A stretch of DNA of 64,000 bases from Octopus vulgaris (Eukaryota): positions 59,458,001-59,522,000 of the forward strand of contig OX597819.1 in the NCBI GenBank assembly GCA_951406725.2, read 5' to 3'. The position numbers and the translations under genes were made by a program. Positions 1 to 13,220 of the stretch are shown here, piece after piece (within the stretch, counting starts at the first letter, position 1; each line of letters begins with the position of its first letter). A model generated the notes under the pieces. The model was not told the DNA's origin. It saw only the letters and a program-made list of their open reading frames with translations, and did no database searches.

Positions 1-154
1 CCGCTATTCTTCAGCCTGTAACTAGTTTGATAAGTGTCAACGTATGAAACTCTGGGACCTTGAGTCACTCTGTTGCTTCTAAAGAATAAAACAAATATAC
101 ATATACTCATATACTCCTAGTTTGAGTTCTATTCTTTCTGTTTGCATCACCATA

Positions 155-196
<42 letters not shown>

Positions 197-261
197 GGTC
201 CCGTGTTGAGTTGGGGTTAACCACAGTAAATAAGGTACTCAATACATAGCAGAGTAAATTA

Positions 262-391
262 ATTTATTTTATAGAAGGAGCTTCTACAGGACTAGAACTG
301 TTTCATTCAAAAGAAATCATCAGGAAGCTTCCTGATGATTTCTTTTGAATGAAACAGTTCTAGTCCTGTAGAAGCTCCTTCTATAAAATAA

Positions 392-393
<2 letters not shown>
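262..393. repeat. Perfect 132-bp palindrome (fold-back element) between (TA)n tracts
   Basis: Arms are exact reverse complements around AAG|CTT (327/328); (TA)n at about 157-192 and 392-416. Confidence 0.95.
326..376 (+). ncRNA. Type I hammerhead ribozyme motif (mirrored on minus strand)
   Basis: Stem I AGCTTC(326-331)/GAAGCT(371-376); core CTGATGA 332-338; stem II TTC-tttt-GAA; GAAA 351-354; stem III ACAG/CTGT; GUA triplet 368-370. Confidence 0.75.
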
Positions 394-424
<31 letters not shown>

Positions 425-2261
425 TATAATCATACATATACATATATATATACATATATATAATCATGCCAATGACCTATAATCCTTTAAGGGATGTTTG
501 CATCCTAGTTCTCCAGTGTTCATTGAAAACTAAATACTTTAGTTTTGCATTGATGTATATTGGTATTTAAAATATTTATGAATGAGAAAAAAAGAAGAAA
601 ATGGAGAAACTGATATATAGACATCAGTTTGTTCAAAGATATTCAAATCAATATAATATGAAATTCTTATCCCTACAGCCGTTTCCATATCCAATTAATT
701 CAATTAGAGAAATTGAATTAATTTAAAATTTTCGTATTGAAATTGATTAATTTTCGTAGGGTGGGGGTGGTTTTCCAGAAAGGAGTTACATTCTGATGTG
801 TTGGCCGATGGTGATGATGTTGATGATGACAATGATGCTGATGATGATGATGATGATATTTGTGTACTACTTCTACAACAGCCTCTGCACCTCACACCTA
901 GCTAGTTGTTTACTATCTTGATCCAAGCCCATTCAAAAAAAGCCTCTGTCTCCCCTTCCTATCACATCTAATAACTCCTGTCTGGCCCCTGTATTAACTG
1001 CTGCATTTAATCCTTCTTCTCCAAAACATCAACCTTCTTCAACTCAATCTCCAGCTCTGTGTCTTTCCTGAAGATGTAGACTTACAGATGTCCAATCTAA
1101 ACATAAACCACACCTATCTTGCCAATCTCAGAATGCCGGCAAAGGTCACGAGCACTGCTCCTTATGCCTGACAAAATCTAAATAGGAATTGCATCAGTGT
1201 GTGTACATGACTGTATGTAATTTTTTATGTTAGTGTTTGTAAATCTACATTTCTGTATGTGCGTGTGTGTGTGTGTGTGTGCGTGATTATGTGTGGGTGT
1301 CTACATGCATATTCATCTTTATGTTTGTCTTTATTTGCGCTAGGTGTGTATGCATGTGTTAATGTGTGTGAGTCAATGTACTTACAAAAACATGCCCGTG
1401 TTTATTTGTCTGTGTTTGAATATATATTTATTCATGTTAAAACATTTAGATAGCAATACATGCACACACACGCACATACACACACAAATTTATGTCTGGC
1501 CCCTGCCCATCTATACCCGCCATGCCACCCCACCTTGCCTATACTGTCTATTCTATACCCTCATATCTCACTAAAATCTCTTCCACTCGCCATACCATGC
1601 CACTCTTAAACTAAGAGAAAAGCATTCAATCTGTGCACCCCCCCTTCTTCCACCACCCACATCTCGCTACTCCTCTTTCTTCTATCTTTTCAAATCATGA
1701 TACTTGAATGAAGAAGAATTGCATCATATCTATCAGTATCTCATAAATGCCACCCACTTCCCTTCCTTAACTGCACATCGCCATCTCCACCATTGCCTCT
1801 TCTCTCTCAGGCCATCTATAATTCGCTCTCCTTCCATTACCATCTTGAGTAACCAACACCCCTGCTCCCTACTCATTTCTAAATCACTGGCCTCTATTCC
1901 CTCTCCCTCAAATCTCTCTTTATTGACATCCAACACACTCTCTAATGACTGACCATTCCTACATTTACCCATCACTCACTCTTATTAATGTCCATTCCTA
2001 CAGCTGCCCACAACTCACTCCCTCTTCTACCTACAAACATTGTAACTGCTGTTTACCCTCAGTCTCTACTACCCATCTATTTACACTCTCATTACTCCTC
2101 CAGCAGTACATCTCCTTTTTTACTCCCCATTTCTGCAAATACCTCCCCCATCCTCTACAATTGCCCTCTCTTCTACTCTTGTCATGTCACTCTGAACAAA
2201 TGGACAAGACTTGGTGCAGGCATCTTCACAAACGTGGGTGTTACAATGAAGTACATCCATT

Positions 2262-2610
2262 CATCATCATCATCATCGTTTAACGTCCGTTTTCCATGCT
2301 AGCATGGGTTGGACGGTTTGACCAGGGTCTGGGAAGTCAGGAGGCTGCGCCAGGCTCCAGTCTGATCTGGCAGTGTTTCTACAGCTGGATGCCCTTCTTA
2401 ACGCCAACCACTCAATGAGTGTAGTGGGTGCATTTTACATGCCACTGGCACATGGGGCCAGAGGAGGCTGGTAAACGACCACGATTAGTTGGTGCTTTTT
2501 ACATGTCACCGATACAGACGCCAGTCAGGCGGCACTGCCATCGGTCACATTCAGATGGTTCTTTTTACATGCCACTGGCACGGGTATCACAACTACAATT
2601 TCCATTTGAT
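2262..2610 (-). mobile_element. SINE family C ((GAT)n-tailed)
   Basis: (CAT)n-CGTTTAACGTCCGTTTTCCATGCTAGCATGGGTTGGACGG end shared with copies at 3422, 33918, 40643, 48166, 49125. Confidence 0.7.
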
Positions 2611-3421
2611 TTGCGAAGTCATGGACAAACGAGCAAAGAGATTATGATATAAAAAGAAACCCTAATCTTACCTTGGCAGCATCTGTCTTCTACGGGTACC
2701 ATGAAGAAATACATCCACTACACTAGTAAGGTGATTGGCAGTTGTATGGAGACACCATTGGGTATTATCAAAGACATAACAACAGCTCTAGTGTTGGTGA
2801 TAGAAAGGGCTTCCAGCCATAGAAATCATGCTGGATGAAAATGGATGAAATATGCTTGGTCTCCTGAGTATGCTTAAAAGGGCTGTGACCCCGAACAAGA
2901 ACTGTTCAATCTATGCCAGCAGATAAAGTGGACATAAAATTATGGCAACAATAAGCCTTTATACTATAGGCAAAAGCCCTGAAATTTGAGGGGAGGGGGT
3001 TTAGTCGATTACATCAACCCAGTGCATAAGTGGTACTTATTTCATCGACCCTGAAAGGATGAAAGGCAAAGTTTACCTCGACGGAATTTGAACTCAAAAT
3101 GTAGTGATGGATTATGGCAAAAATAATAATAATGACTGCTATATGTATTTATTTCTGAATTCTGTATATGAATCTCTCTCACTTTCTTTCTTTCTCTCTC
3201 TCTCTCTCAATGTATATATGTATTCTTTTACTTATTTTAAAAGGGTTTCAGTAGAAGGGTTTTAGCTGAACAAATCAACCCCAGAACTTATTTCTGAAGC
3301 TTAGTGCTTTTTCTATCTCTTTTGCTAAGGAGACATAAAGACACCAACACCTGTTGTTAAGCAGTGACAGAGGGACAAACACAGACACAAAGATACACAC
3401 ACACATACATATATACATATA

Positions 3422-4270
3422 TCATCATCATCATCATCATCATCGTTTAACGTCCGTTTTCCGCGCTAGCACGAGTTGGACGGTTCGACCAGGGTCTGGG
3501 GAGCCAGGGGCTGCCCCAGGCTCCAGTCTGATCTGGCAGTGTTTCTACAGTTGGATGCTCTTCCTAACACCAACCACTCCGCGAGTGTAGTGCGTGCTTT
3601 TTATGTGCCACCTGCACAGGTGCCAGAGGGGTCTGGCATCGGCCACGATCGGTTGGTGCTTTTTTTATGTGCCACCGGCACAGGAGCCAGTCAAGGTGGT
3701 GCTGGCATCGGCCACGTTCGGATGGTGCTTTTTATGTGCCACCGGCACAGAAGCCAGTGGAGGCTGCACTGGCAACGGCCACGTTCGGATGGTGTTTTTT
3801 ATGTGTCACCGGCACAGGTATCACAACTACTGTTTCCATTGATATTTGGTTCGATGTTCATGTTCCACCGGCACAGAAGCCATTCGAGGCGGGGTTGGCA
3901 TCGGTCACAATCGGATGGTGCTTTTTATGTGCCACCGGCACAGAAGCCAGTGGAGGCTGCACTGGCAACGGCCACGTTCGGATGGTGCTTTTTATGTGTC
4001 ACCAGCACAGGTATCACAACTACTACTGTTTCCATTGATATTTGGTTCGATGTTCATGTACATGCACTTGACTCAACAGGTCTCCTCAAGCACAGCGAGA
4101 TGTTCCGGGATCCTACGATCGGTTGGTGCTTTTTATGTGCCACCGGAACAGAAGCCAGTCGAGGCGGTGCTGGCATCGGCCACGTTTGGATGGCGCTTTT
4201 TATGTGCCACCGGCAAAGATATATCATCATCATCATTGTGTTTAACGTCTGCTGGCATGGGTTGGACGAT
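3422..4270 (-). mobile_element. SINE family C with internal ~62-67-bp tandem array
   Basis: Same tail; repeated CGGATGGTGCTTTTTATGTGCCACCGGCACAG units at about 3590-4215. Confidence 0.75.
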
Positions 4271-4988
4271 TTGACTAAGGACTGGTGAACCAGATGGCTG
4301 CAATATATATATAGATATATATATGACAGGTTTCTTTCAGTTTCCATCTACCAAATACACTCATAAGGCTTTGGTCAGCCCGGGGTGATAGTAGAAGACA
4401 CTTGTTCAAGATGCCACGCAGTGGAACTGAACCTGGAACTATGTGGTTAGGAAGCAAGCTTCTTACCATACAACTATGCCTGTGCCTATATATATATATA
4501 TATATCTTTGTGTGTGTATATGTCTGTATTTATCTTTTATATATATATATATATTTATGTATTTATTTGTGTGTGTACATATATATGCATGTGTTTGTAT
4601 GTACATGAGGGTATGCATATATGTTAGTATTTATGTGTATACATATGTATATAAGTATCTGTGCATGCATCAATGTAGCAGTGTGTGTGTGGGTGTGTGT
4701 CTGTGCATATATAAGTATTATACAAGATAAAATATATAAGAATGTATACATGAATAATTGTTTGAATGTGTGTATATGCATGATGATATGTGTATGGGTG
4801 TGCATATTAATAAGAAGAGATTATATGCAAGTATGTCTTTGTGTGTTTTATATGAATACCCATACACACTCACGGATAGACACACAATTCTGTGCTTGCA
4901 TCTATGCAATATGCCTTTGCAATGTGTATATGTCAGCATACATCATCTACTTCATAGATTATGTAATGTGTGATGAATGTATACATAT

Positions 4989-5158
4989 AGGTAGAGGAGT
5001 GGCTGTGTGATAAGTAGCTTGCTTACATACCAAATAATTCTGGGTTCAGTCCCACTATGTGGCACCTTGGGCAAGTGTCTTCTATTATAGCCTCGGGCCA
5101 ACCAAAGCCTTGTGAGTGGATTTGGTAGATGGAAACTGAAAGAAGCCCGTCGTATATA

Positions 5159-5201
<43 letters not shown>

Positions 5202-5515
5202 AATTAGGGTATCTACAAGATACCACCATGCTGAAAACAGCAGCCATGATCCGACTCTAAAACCACTTTAATTGTCCATATATCAACATGGAGAGAAAAC
5301 AAAGAGACAAGATGAAACTAGTAAAAAGTTACTGGATAATTCTAGTGGTTTTAGAGTCAGATCATGGCTGCTATTTTCAGCATGGTGGTATCTCGTAGAT
5401 ACCCTAATTTATAATTTTGATAATTATTACCTTTGAAGGTTATTTTTTCCATGCTGACCACTTGATAAAATCATTATTTTATTTTTAAATTAACGATCTT
5501 ATCCTTATTTATATG

Positions 5516-5576
<61 letters not shown>

Positions 5577-5783
5577 ATATGTTTATGTGTCTGTGTTTGT
5601 CCCCCCCAACATCGCTTGACAACCGATGCTGGTGTGTTTACGTCCCCGTAACATAACGGTTCGGCAAAGACACCGATAGAATAAGTACCAGGCTTCCAAA
5701 GAATAAGTCCTGGGGTTGATTTGCTCGACTAAAGGCGGTGCTCCAGCATGGCCACAGTCAAATGACTGAAACAAGTAAAAGAG
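4989..5783 (+). mobile_element. SINE family A split by an insertion in its internal (TA)n
   Basis: Head GGAGTGGCTGTGTG...GAAGCCCGTCG 4989-5152; tail ending GACTGAAACAAGTAAAAGAG about 5585-5783. Confidence 0.8.
5193..5418. repeat. Imperfect inverted repeat (~75-bp arms) of a (TA)n-inserted family
   Basis: 5193-5267 vs 5344-5418; related single-arm copy at about 22650-22890. Confidence 0.85.
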
Positions 5784-5808
5784 TATTTTTGTACATTATA
5801 ACACACGT

Positions 5809-5862
<54 letters not shown>

Positions 5863-6247
5863 GAGAGAGATATGTATGTATAATATAGTCTTGATTTATG
5901 TGCCTGTCAGTTATTTATCTGTGAGATCTGCAATAGAGAACTACTCTCAAATCTGGGCCTGTACTACTTATTTATGCACAGACATCATAAACAGCACCCA
6001 AACACCAGCCAGCCGACTGAGTTACATGAAGCTGCCCATCAACACACAACAGCCTCTGTGTGTGTGTGTGTGTGTGTTTGGTTGAGACATTTGCTTCCCA
6101 AGGACATGGGTTCTGGTTCAGTCCCGCTGAGAGACACTTTGGGCCAATGTCCTCTATCATCACCCCAGGCTGACCAAAGCCTTGTGACTGGATTTGGCAG
6201 ACAGAATCTGAAAGAATCCAGTCATCATATATATATATATATATATG

Positions 6248-6407
<160 letters not shown>

Positions 6408-6710
6408 GAGGCGCAATGGCCCAGTGGTTAAGGCAATGGACTCGCGGTCGTAGGATCGCGGTTTCGATTCCCAGACCGGGCGTTGTGAGTGTTTATTGAG
6501 CGAAAACACCTAAAAGCTCCACGAGGCTCCGGCAGGGGGTAGTGATCCCTGCTGTACTCTTTCACCACTCTTTCTCACACTCTTTCCTCTGTTGGCCTGC
6601 TCGCTTAGCCAGCGGGGTGGCGTCATTCGAAGGCTAAAACAATGTGAACGCATTGTGACCAGCGATGTGTAACTACATCTGATGGACTGGTTGGTCACGT
6701 GATCACGTGA
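6408..6710 (+). mobile_element. tRNA-derived SINE (resembles octopus OK/OR-type families)
   Basis: A box TGGCCCAGTGG, B box GGTTTCGATTCC; related head and body at 17322 (+) and about 51250-51405 (-). Confidence 0.75.
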
Positions 6711-6976
6711 TATATATATGTATGTATGTATGTATATATATATATGTGTGTGTGTGTGTATGTATATATATGTATATGTATATATGTGTGTGTGTTTATG
6801 TTTATATGTATATGTATATATGTATATATATAATATATAATCAAGTAAAGATAATAAACCTCATTAAGGGATCATAAATCCAATGAAAATACTGGTTAGT
6901 TACCAATCTATAGAAAGTTCAACTATAAGATAACCATATAAATCATGGTTCATATACCTATATATTTAAAGAATAA

Positions 6977-7344
6977 GGAGAAAATGGAGAGGTAATTAAT
7001 AAGATTATTTATTAATTATAAAATATGACATCTCTGACATCTGTTTTGATTCAGAAATCTTTAGATAATTAATTTATAAAATCAAAATCATTATAAGACG
7101 AATCCCTTTGAAGGTAGTAAAGACATACCAATTAGAAATACATGTTGAAATAACGGCTATAAACCATTATCTCAACATGTATTTCTAATTGGTATGTCTT
7201 TACTACCTCTGAAGAGATTCATCTTATGATGATTTTAATTTTATAAATTAATTATCAAAAGATTTCTGAATCAAAACAGATGTCAGAGATGTCATATTTT
7301 ATAATTAAAAAATAATTTTTATTAATTACCTCTTCATTTTCTCC
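6977..7344. repeat. Inverted repeat (~180-bp arms) with decayed HHR-like motif
   Basis: Arms diverged at scattered sites; CTGAAGA 7209-7215, GATTCA/TGAATC stem, AAAACAGATGTC 7273-7284. Confidence 0.85.
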
Positions 7345-7494
7345 GTTTACATACAGACAGACAGACAGACAAAAGATTGGAAATGAAGGATACTGTTTGC
7401 ATGACAGTGACACTCATTTACAACTATTACATATGTCAAGGTAAGAAGACAGTAACACACACAGAGATTAACATATACATGCACATACGACATG

Positions 7495-8165
7495 GTCACC
7501 CATATAGTTAATCAGGTTGTCTACAAGGGAATCATATCCAATGATTAGCGTAGTAACATTATAGTCAACTGCTACAAAGGCAAAGGTGATGCCCTAGACA
7601 GAAATAATTTCAGAGGCATCAAATTGCTGGACCAGGTGATGAAAGTTGTAGGAAGGGCCGTAGCTCAATTAATTACAAAGAGAGTTAGCATAGATGAGAA
7701 GTAGTTTAGATTTGTGCCAGGGAGAAGCACCACTGATGCTATTTTTTTGGTGAGGCAACTGCAGGAGAAATACTTGGCAAAAAATAAATCTCTGTATCTG
7801 GCTTTTGTGGATATGGAGAAAGCCTCTGACAGAATCCCCTTATTTGATGGGCAATGTGGAAGCTAGGGGTAGCTGAGTTGTTGGTGATAGCTGTACAAGC
7901 CATGTAAGGTGAGGGTCACCAATGAGTATAGCAAGGAGTTTAGTGAACAAGTAGAAGTCCACCAGGGATCAGTTCTTAGCCCCCTCTTGTTTTATGTAGT
8001 CCTGCAAGCTATGACAGGAATTTAAGACTGGCTGCACTTGGGAGTTCCTTTATGCTGATGACCTTGTTCTTATTGTTGAATCATTACCAGAACTAGAGAA
8101 GAGCTTCAGGTATGGAAGCGCAGACTGGAATCAAAGGACTTTAGAGTTAATTTAACAAAGACCAG
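7495..8165 (+). pseudogene. Degenerate RTE-clade LINE reverse transcriptase fragment
   Basis: Manual translation YKGKGDALDRNNFRGIKLL...PGRSTTDAIFLVRQLQEKY...LAFVDMEKA, later YADDLVL; stops and frameshifts. Confidence 0.9.
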
Positions 8166-9357
8166 TCTTATTTACATTATTTACATTCGACGGATATTTA
8201 TCCTCATCTTGTTTGTTGTTAGAACAATGTTTCGACTGATATACCCTCCAACCTTCTTCAGGTGTCTTGGGCAAATTTCGAACCTGGGTTCTCATTCCTA
8301 AGGTATTTTATGATGTTATTACTATTGTTCAGGTCACTGCTTGGGATCCGCCGAGGTCAACTTTGCCTTTTGTCCTTTCGGGGTCGATTAAGTAAGTACC
8401 AGTTATGCATTGGGATCGATGTAATAGACTTAATTTGTTTCTCTGTCCTTGTTTGTCCCCTCTATGTTTAGCCCCCTGTGGGCAATAAAGAAATAAATAT
8501 TTGGGCCAGATATGGCTGGTTTAAATAATAAAGGGTTAATACACACGTGTGTTCTCCCTCTCTCACCTCACACACACATCCTTTGAAAATGATGATTAAT
8601 TTAATTGTTACTCAGAGTTTATGTGCCTTAAAGGGTAACTTTCTAGGTGCAACCCCGTAGTTATTGATGACCAAAAGGGGTCTTTACTCTTTATGCACCT
8701 TGTATCACTGAAAGGAGCACATAAACTCTGAGTAGCAATTAAATTAATCATCATTTTCAAAGGATGTGTGTGTGAGGTGAGAGAGGGAGAGGGAGAACAC
8801 AGGTGTGTATTAACCCTTTATTATTTAAATCAGCCATATCTGGCCCAAATATTTATTTCTTTATTGCCCACAGGGGGCTTAAATTCCTGTCATAGCTTGC
8901 AGGACTACATAAAACAAGAGGGGGCTAAGAACTGATCCCTGGTGGACTTCTACTTGTTCACTAAACTCCTTGCTATACTCATTGGTGACCCTCACCTTAC
9001 ATGGCTTGTACAGTTATCACCAACAACTCAGCTACCCCTAGCTTCCACATTGCCCATCAAATAGGGGATTCTGTCAGAGGCTTTCTCCATGTCAATAAAA
9101 GCCAGATACAGAGATTTATTTTTTGCCAAGTATTTCTCCTGCAGTTGCCTCACCAAAAAAATAGCATCAGTGGTGCTTCTCCCTGGCACAAATCTAAACT
9201 ACTTCTCATCTATGCTAACTCTCTTTGTAATTAATTGAGCTACGGCCCTTCCTACAACTTTCATCACCTGGTCCAGCAATTTGATGCCTCTGAAATTATT
9301 TCTGTCTAGGGCATCACCTTTGCCTTTGTAGCAGTTGACTATAATGTTACTACGCTA

Positions 9358-9362
<5 letters not shown>
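7541..9362. repeat. Large local inverted duplication
   Basis: 8717-9362 is the reverse complement of 7541-8026 joined to 8470-8626; ends in (TA)n at 9361. Confidence 0.92.
8170..8346 (-). mobile_element. PLE terminal-repeat fragment with degenerate minimal HHR (8222-8265)
   Basis: Same sequence as 23600-23755 and 39445-39580; minus strand ACAC-CTGAAGA...CGAAAC. Confidence 0.75.
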
Positions 9363-9448
<86 letters not shown>

Positions 9449-9815
9449 GTGTGCAACACAATTATATATTTATATATATATATATCTACCGTCCAACCCA
9501 TGCTAGCATGGAAAACAGACGCTAAACAATGATGATGATGATGATGATATATATATTTATATATGCATATATATGTATGTATTAACTTTTCCTTTCATCA
9601 ATCTGTTTGTTTACCCATCTATTTGTTGATCATCTCTCTCGCCTATTCTCCCCCCCTCTCTGTCCCTCTCTCTCTCTCGCTCTTGCTACTTATCTATCTG
9701 TCTCTCTTCATCTATATGCAAAGTTATCTGCTGATCAGTTTATCTGACTCTCTCTCCATCACACCCATTCTCCACTTGAAATTATCTTTTATTGTAAACA
9801 CTTGCACACATAAAG

Positions 9816-9890
<75 letters not shown>

Positions 9891-10272
9891 TGCACACTCA
9901 CATACGCACAAACATATATTTGTTATTTTCATTTACATACAGAAGTGTATACCATATTGCAAATGCGTACCTATATATGTCTTTATATAAATCTGTGGAT
10001 ATAGATAATAAAAGATAAACCCATAGCCACTGTTGATATAGATGATAGCAATAAACCAATAGTCATTGTTGATATAAAATCTATATTATAGATGATAGAG
10101 ATAAACTAATAGCCACAGTTCAAACTGAAATAGGAATTGATTTTATTAACCTAGTGATGAAAATCTATCAATAACATGTCTATATTGTTGTTATTCTTCT
10201 TTTTCCATTAGATAAATAATTTTGATTTTATTATCTCCAATTTTTGTTATTCTTTGTTTTTATATATATATA

Positions 10273-10603
10273 TCTCTATATATAAACGGCAGTTTGTCTG
10301 TGTGTCTGTCAGGTTGTACCCTCACCCTGACCACGGCTTTCAACCGATTCTGATGAAACTTGACACACACATAGCCCAATGTCATAATTCAAAACTAACG
10401 CAGCGAAAATTTTGAAAAGTTCCCCCAGTTCTGAAAAAAATCGATAAATTCGACATGGGGTCGAGAATCAGAAACACAAACCACAGACTGTCTAGGGGAC
10501 GCAATTTTTTTTCCATTTTTTTCTATTTTTTGGCTATAACTCTCTAAAAATGCTTTATAGTTATTTCCCTTACAAACCCGAGCAACGCCGGGCGATACTG
10601 CTA

Positions 10604-10604
<1 letters not shown>
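10273..10604 (+). mobile_element. Non-autonomous Helitron
   Basis: 5' TC after A; subterminal hairpin CCCG-agcaacgc-CGGG (10577-10592); 3' CTAG followed by T; no TSD. Confidence 0.85.
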
Positions 10605-10643
<39 letters not shown>

Positions 10644-10659
10644 ATATATATATATATAT

Positions 10660-10744
<85 letters not shown>

Positions 10745-11086
10745 TACATATGTATATTATGCAGGTAGGGTTAAAATTCAAGCTGTGTCCTCTTGAAGCA
10801 GATCTGCTTATTCCAGTATTCAAATTTTGTGTGAAGTTTTTATATTTATGTGATGTATGCATTAGAGTCGAAAATTCTGAATATATTATTTGCAGAGTAA
10901 TTATATATCAAAACAGGAGACTGGAAAAATAAATAACACCAAACATTTTTCTTACCTCCAGTTTATATATATGTGTGTGTGTGCTTTTATATATATGTAT
11001 GTATGTGTGTGTGTATGCACACACACACACACACATACATACATATATATGCTTGTGTATATATATTTATATATATATATATATAT

Positions 11087-11303
11087 ACTCTTTACTCTTT
11101 TTTACTTGTTTCAGTCATTTGACTGTGGCCATGCTGGAGCACCGCCTTTAGCCGAGCAAATCAACCCTAGGACTTATTCTTTGTAAGCCTAGTAATTATT
11201 TCATCATTCTCTTTTGTTGAACAGCTAAGTTACAGGGACGTAAATACACCAGCATCGATTGTCAAGCGATGTTGGGGGGACTAACACAGACACACAAACA
11301 TAT

Positions 11304-11364
<61 letters not shown>

Positions 11365-11531
11365 TACAACGGGCTTCTTTCAGTTTCCGTCTACCAAATC
11401 CACTCACAAAGGCTTTGGTCGGCCCGAAGCTATAGTAGAAGACACTTGCCCTAGGTGCCACGCAGTGGGACTGAACCCGGAACTATGTGGTTCGTAAGCA
11501 AGCTACTTATCACACAGCCACTCCTACGCCC
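11087..11531 (-). mobile_element. SINE family A, full length
   Basis: Reverse complement of the 15078 copy, with internal (TA)n/(CA)n. Confidence 0.85.
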
Positions 11532-12570
11532 ATATATATATATTATTAATGATTTGTTCTCGATTATCATATTGTGATATTTAATATATATTCACCATCA
11601 GTGTATTGATTATCTATCATGATCTGATAGCGATTTTTTCCAGTAACATATTCAAATATTGATTTCTTATATTGGCACAAGGTCAAGCAATTGTAGAGAA
11701 CAGGATCAAATTGATTGTATTGACTTTAGTGTACTTGAGTGCAGGTATGGCTGTAGTGGTTTAGAAGTTTGTTGTGCAGTCATATAGTCCCAGGTTCATA
11801 TCCACTGTGCAGCACCTTGAGCAAGGGTCTTCTACCTTCTATCATAACTTAATGTCTTTAACAATAATATAAAAGAAATGTTAGTTGAATGAAATCAACA
11901 ATGAATGAATGAAAAGAAGAGCTATTTGCTCTCAGTTCATTATGAGTTTTATTGTTAAAGATTTGAATGGAATGTGATGGTTCCAAGAAAGAAAATAACA
12001 AAATGATGGAAAATTCTGGTCAGTCTAGTTGGACAGTTCGTATGGTTGTGTATAGATGAGAAAGAGTGATAGAATATATGTGTCCCCTGTTTTAGATTAG
12101 TAGCAGTTTCCATAGTTCATGTCAGCTGATTTGTGGTAGAGACCTCCTACAAGTCTAACATAATTATTTTGTGAATGAAATTGGGTTGGCAAAACCTGTA
12201 TGATGGTCATTTTTATTGTTTGTACTTGTTTTGAGTTGGTAGACTTAATGCTTTGCATGGTTGGATATCACCATTTGGCTTCTTTTTCTTTTCTTTTTTT
12301 CTTTTTTCCTTTAACATACAGTGATCCCTCTGTTCAGGCATTCAGGCCCAGGTCTTAAGCAGCTGCTTCCACTGGTAGAAAACTCAAAAGTCTTTTCCTC
12401 CACTCCCACTAGCCTAAGAGCTCCCACTTCACCGCACCCTTGTTATCCTTCTTCCCCTGACTAAGCCATCAAAATATTTTTTAAATGTATTCTAGGTACT
12501 TGTTTTATCAAGCCAGAAGAGATGAAAGGCAAACACATAAATAAATAAAATTCAGCACTGAAAGACAAAA

Positions 12571-12787
12571 TTAACCCTTTTGACACTACCAGCTTGAGAC
12601 CACCCATAGTTCTATGATAAAGACTTCCTGTTTCAAAATGATTTCAACTAAAACCCTCTATGTTAATTTATGTTCCAGACACCAGTTTAATAACAGCAAA
12701 TTTATTTTACTAAATTCTTCATTATTTCCAAAATTGATTGAAACAAAGGCAGTGGATTTCACCAGAAATATAGTAACAAAGTGTTAA
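12571..12787. mobile_element. TTAA-flanked piggyBac-type MITE
   Basis: TTAACCCTTTTG...CAAAGTGTTAA; related fragment at about 17151-17320. Confidence 0.55.
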
Positions 12788-12844
12788 GCCCTTTCAAGGC
12801 AATTCTTTAAGCCATCTTTCTCTTCTGCCACTCTATCATCTCTT

Positions 12845-13220
12845 TTACTCTTTTACTTGTTTCAATCATTTGACTGTTGGCATGCTGGAGCACTGCCTTA
12901 GTGGAACAAATCAACCCCAGGACTTATTCTTTGCAAGCTTAGTACTTATTCTATCGGTCTCTTTTGCCGAACTGCTAAGTTACAGGGATGTAAACACACC
13001 ATCATCAGTTGTCAAGCACAGACACACAAACATATACACACACATGCATATATATACAATGGGCTTCTTTCAGTTTCCGTCTACCAAATCAACTCACAAG
13101 GCTTTGGTCAGCCCGAGGCTATAGTAGAAGACACTTGCCCAAGGTACCACGCAGTGGGACTGAACCTGGAACCATGTGGTTGGTAAGCAAGCTACTTACC
13201 ACACAGCCACTCCTAAGCCT
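12845..13220 (-). mobile_element. SINE family A
   Basis: Family head and tail motifs; further minus copies at about 13945-14325, 27102-27506, 32725-32978. Confidence 0.8.

Noticed and set aside
3590-4215. CRISPR-like array (palindromic repeat plus variable spacers)
   Set aside because: Spacers are homologous to each other, the array lies inside a SINE, the context is eukaryotic and there are no cas genes
3476-4288. 270-aa ORF
   Set aside because: Read-through of the SINE C tandem array; open in several frames with no domain signature
5193-5470. Hammerhead in the 5193 fold-back family
   Set aside because: A CAGCATGG/CCATGCTG stem precedes GAAA, but no CUGANGA-like core was found
6408-6480. 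tRNA genes at SINE or PLE heads (also 17322, 23743, 47871)
   Set aside because: Broken acceptor stems and run-on into repeat bodies; tRNA-derived, not functional tRNAs
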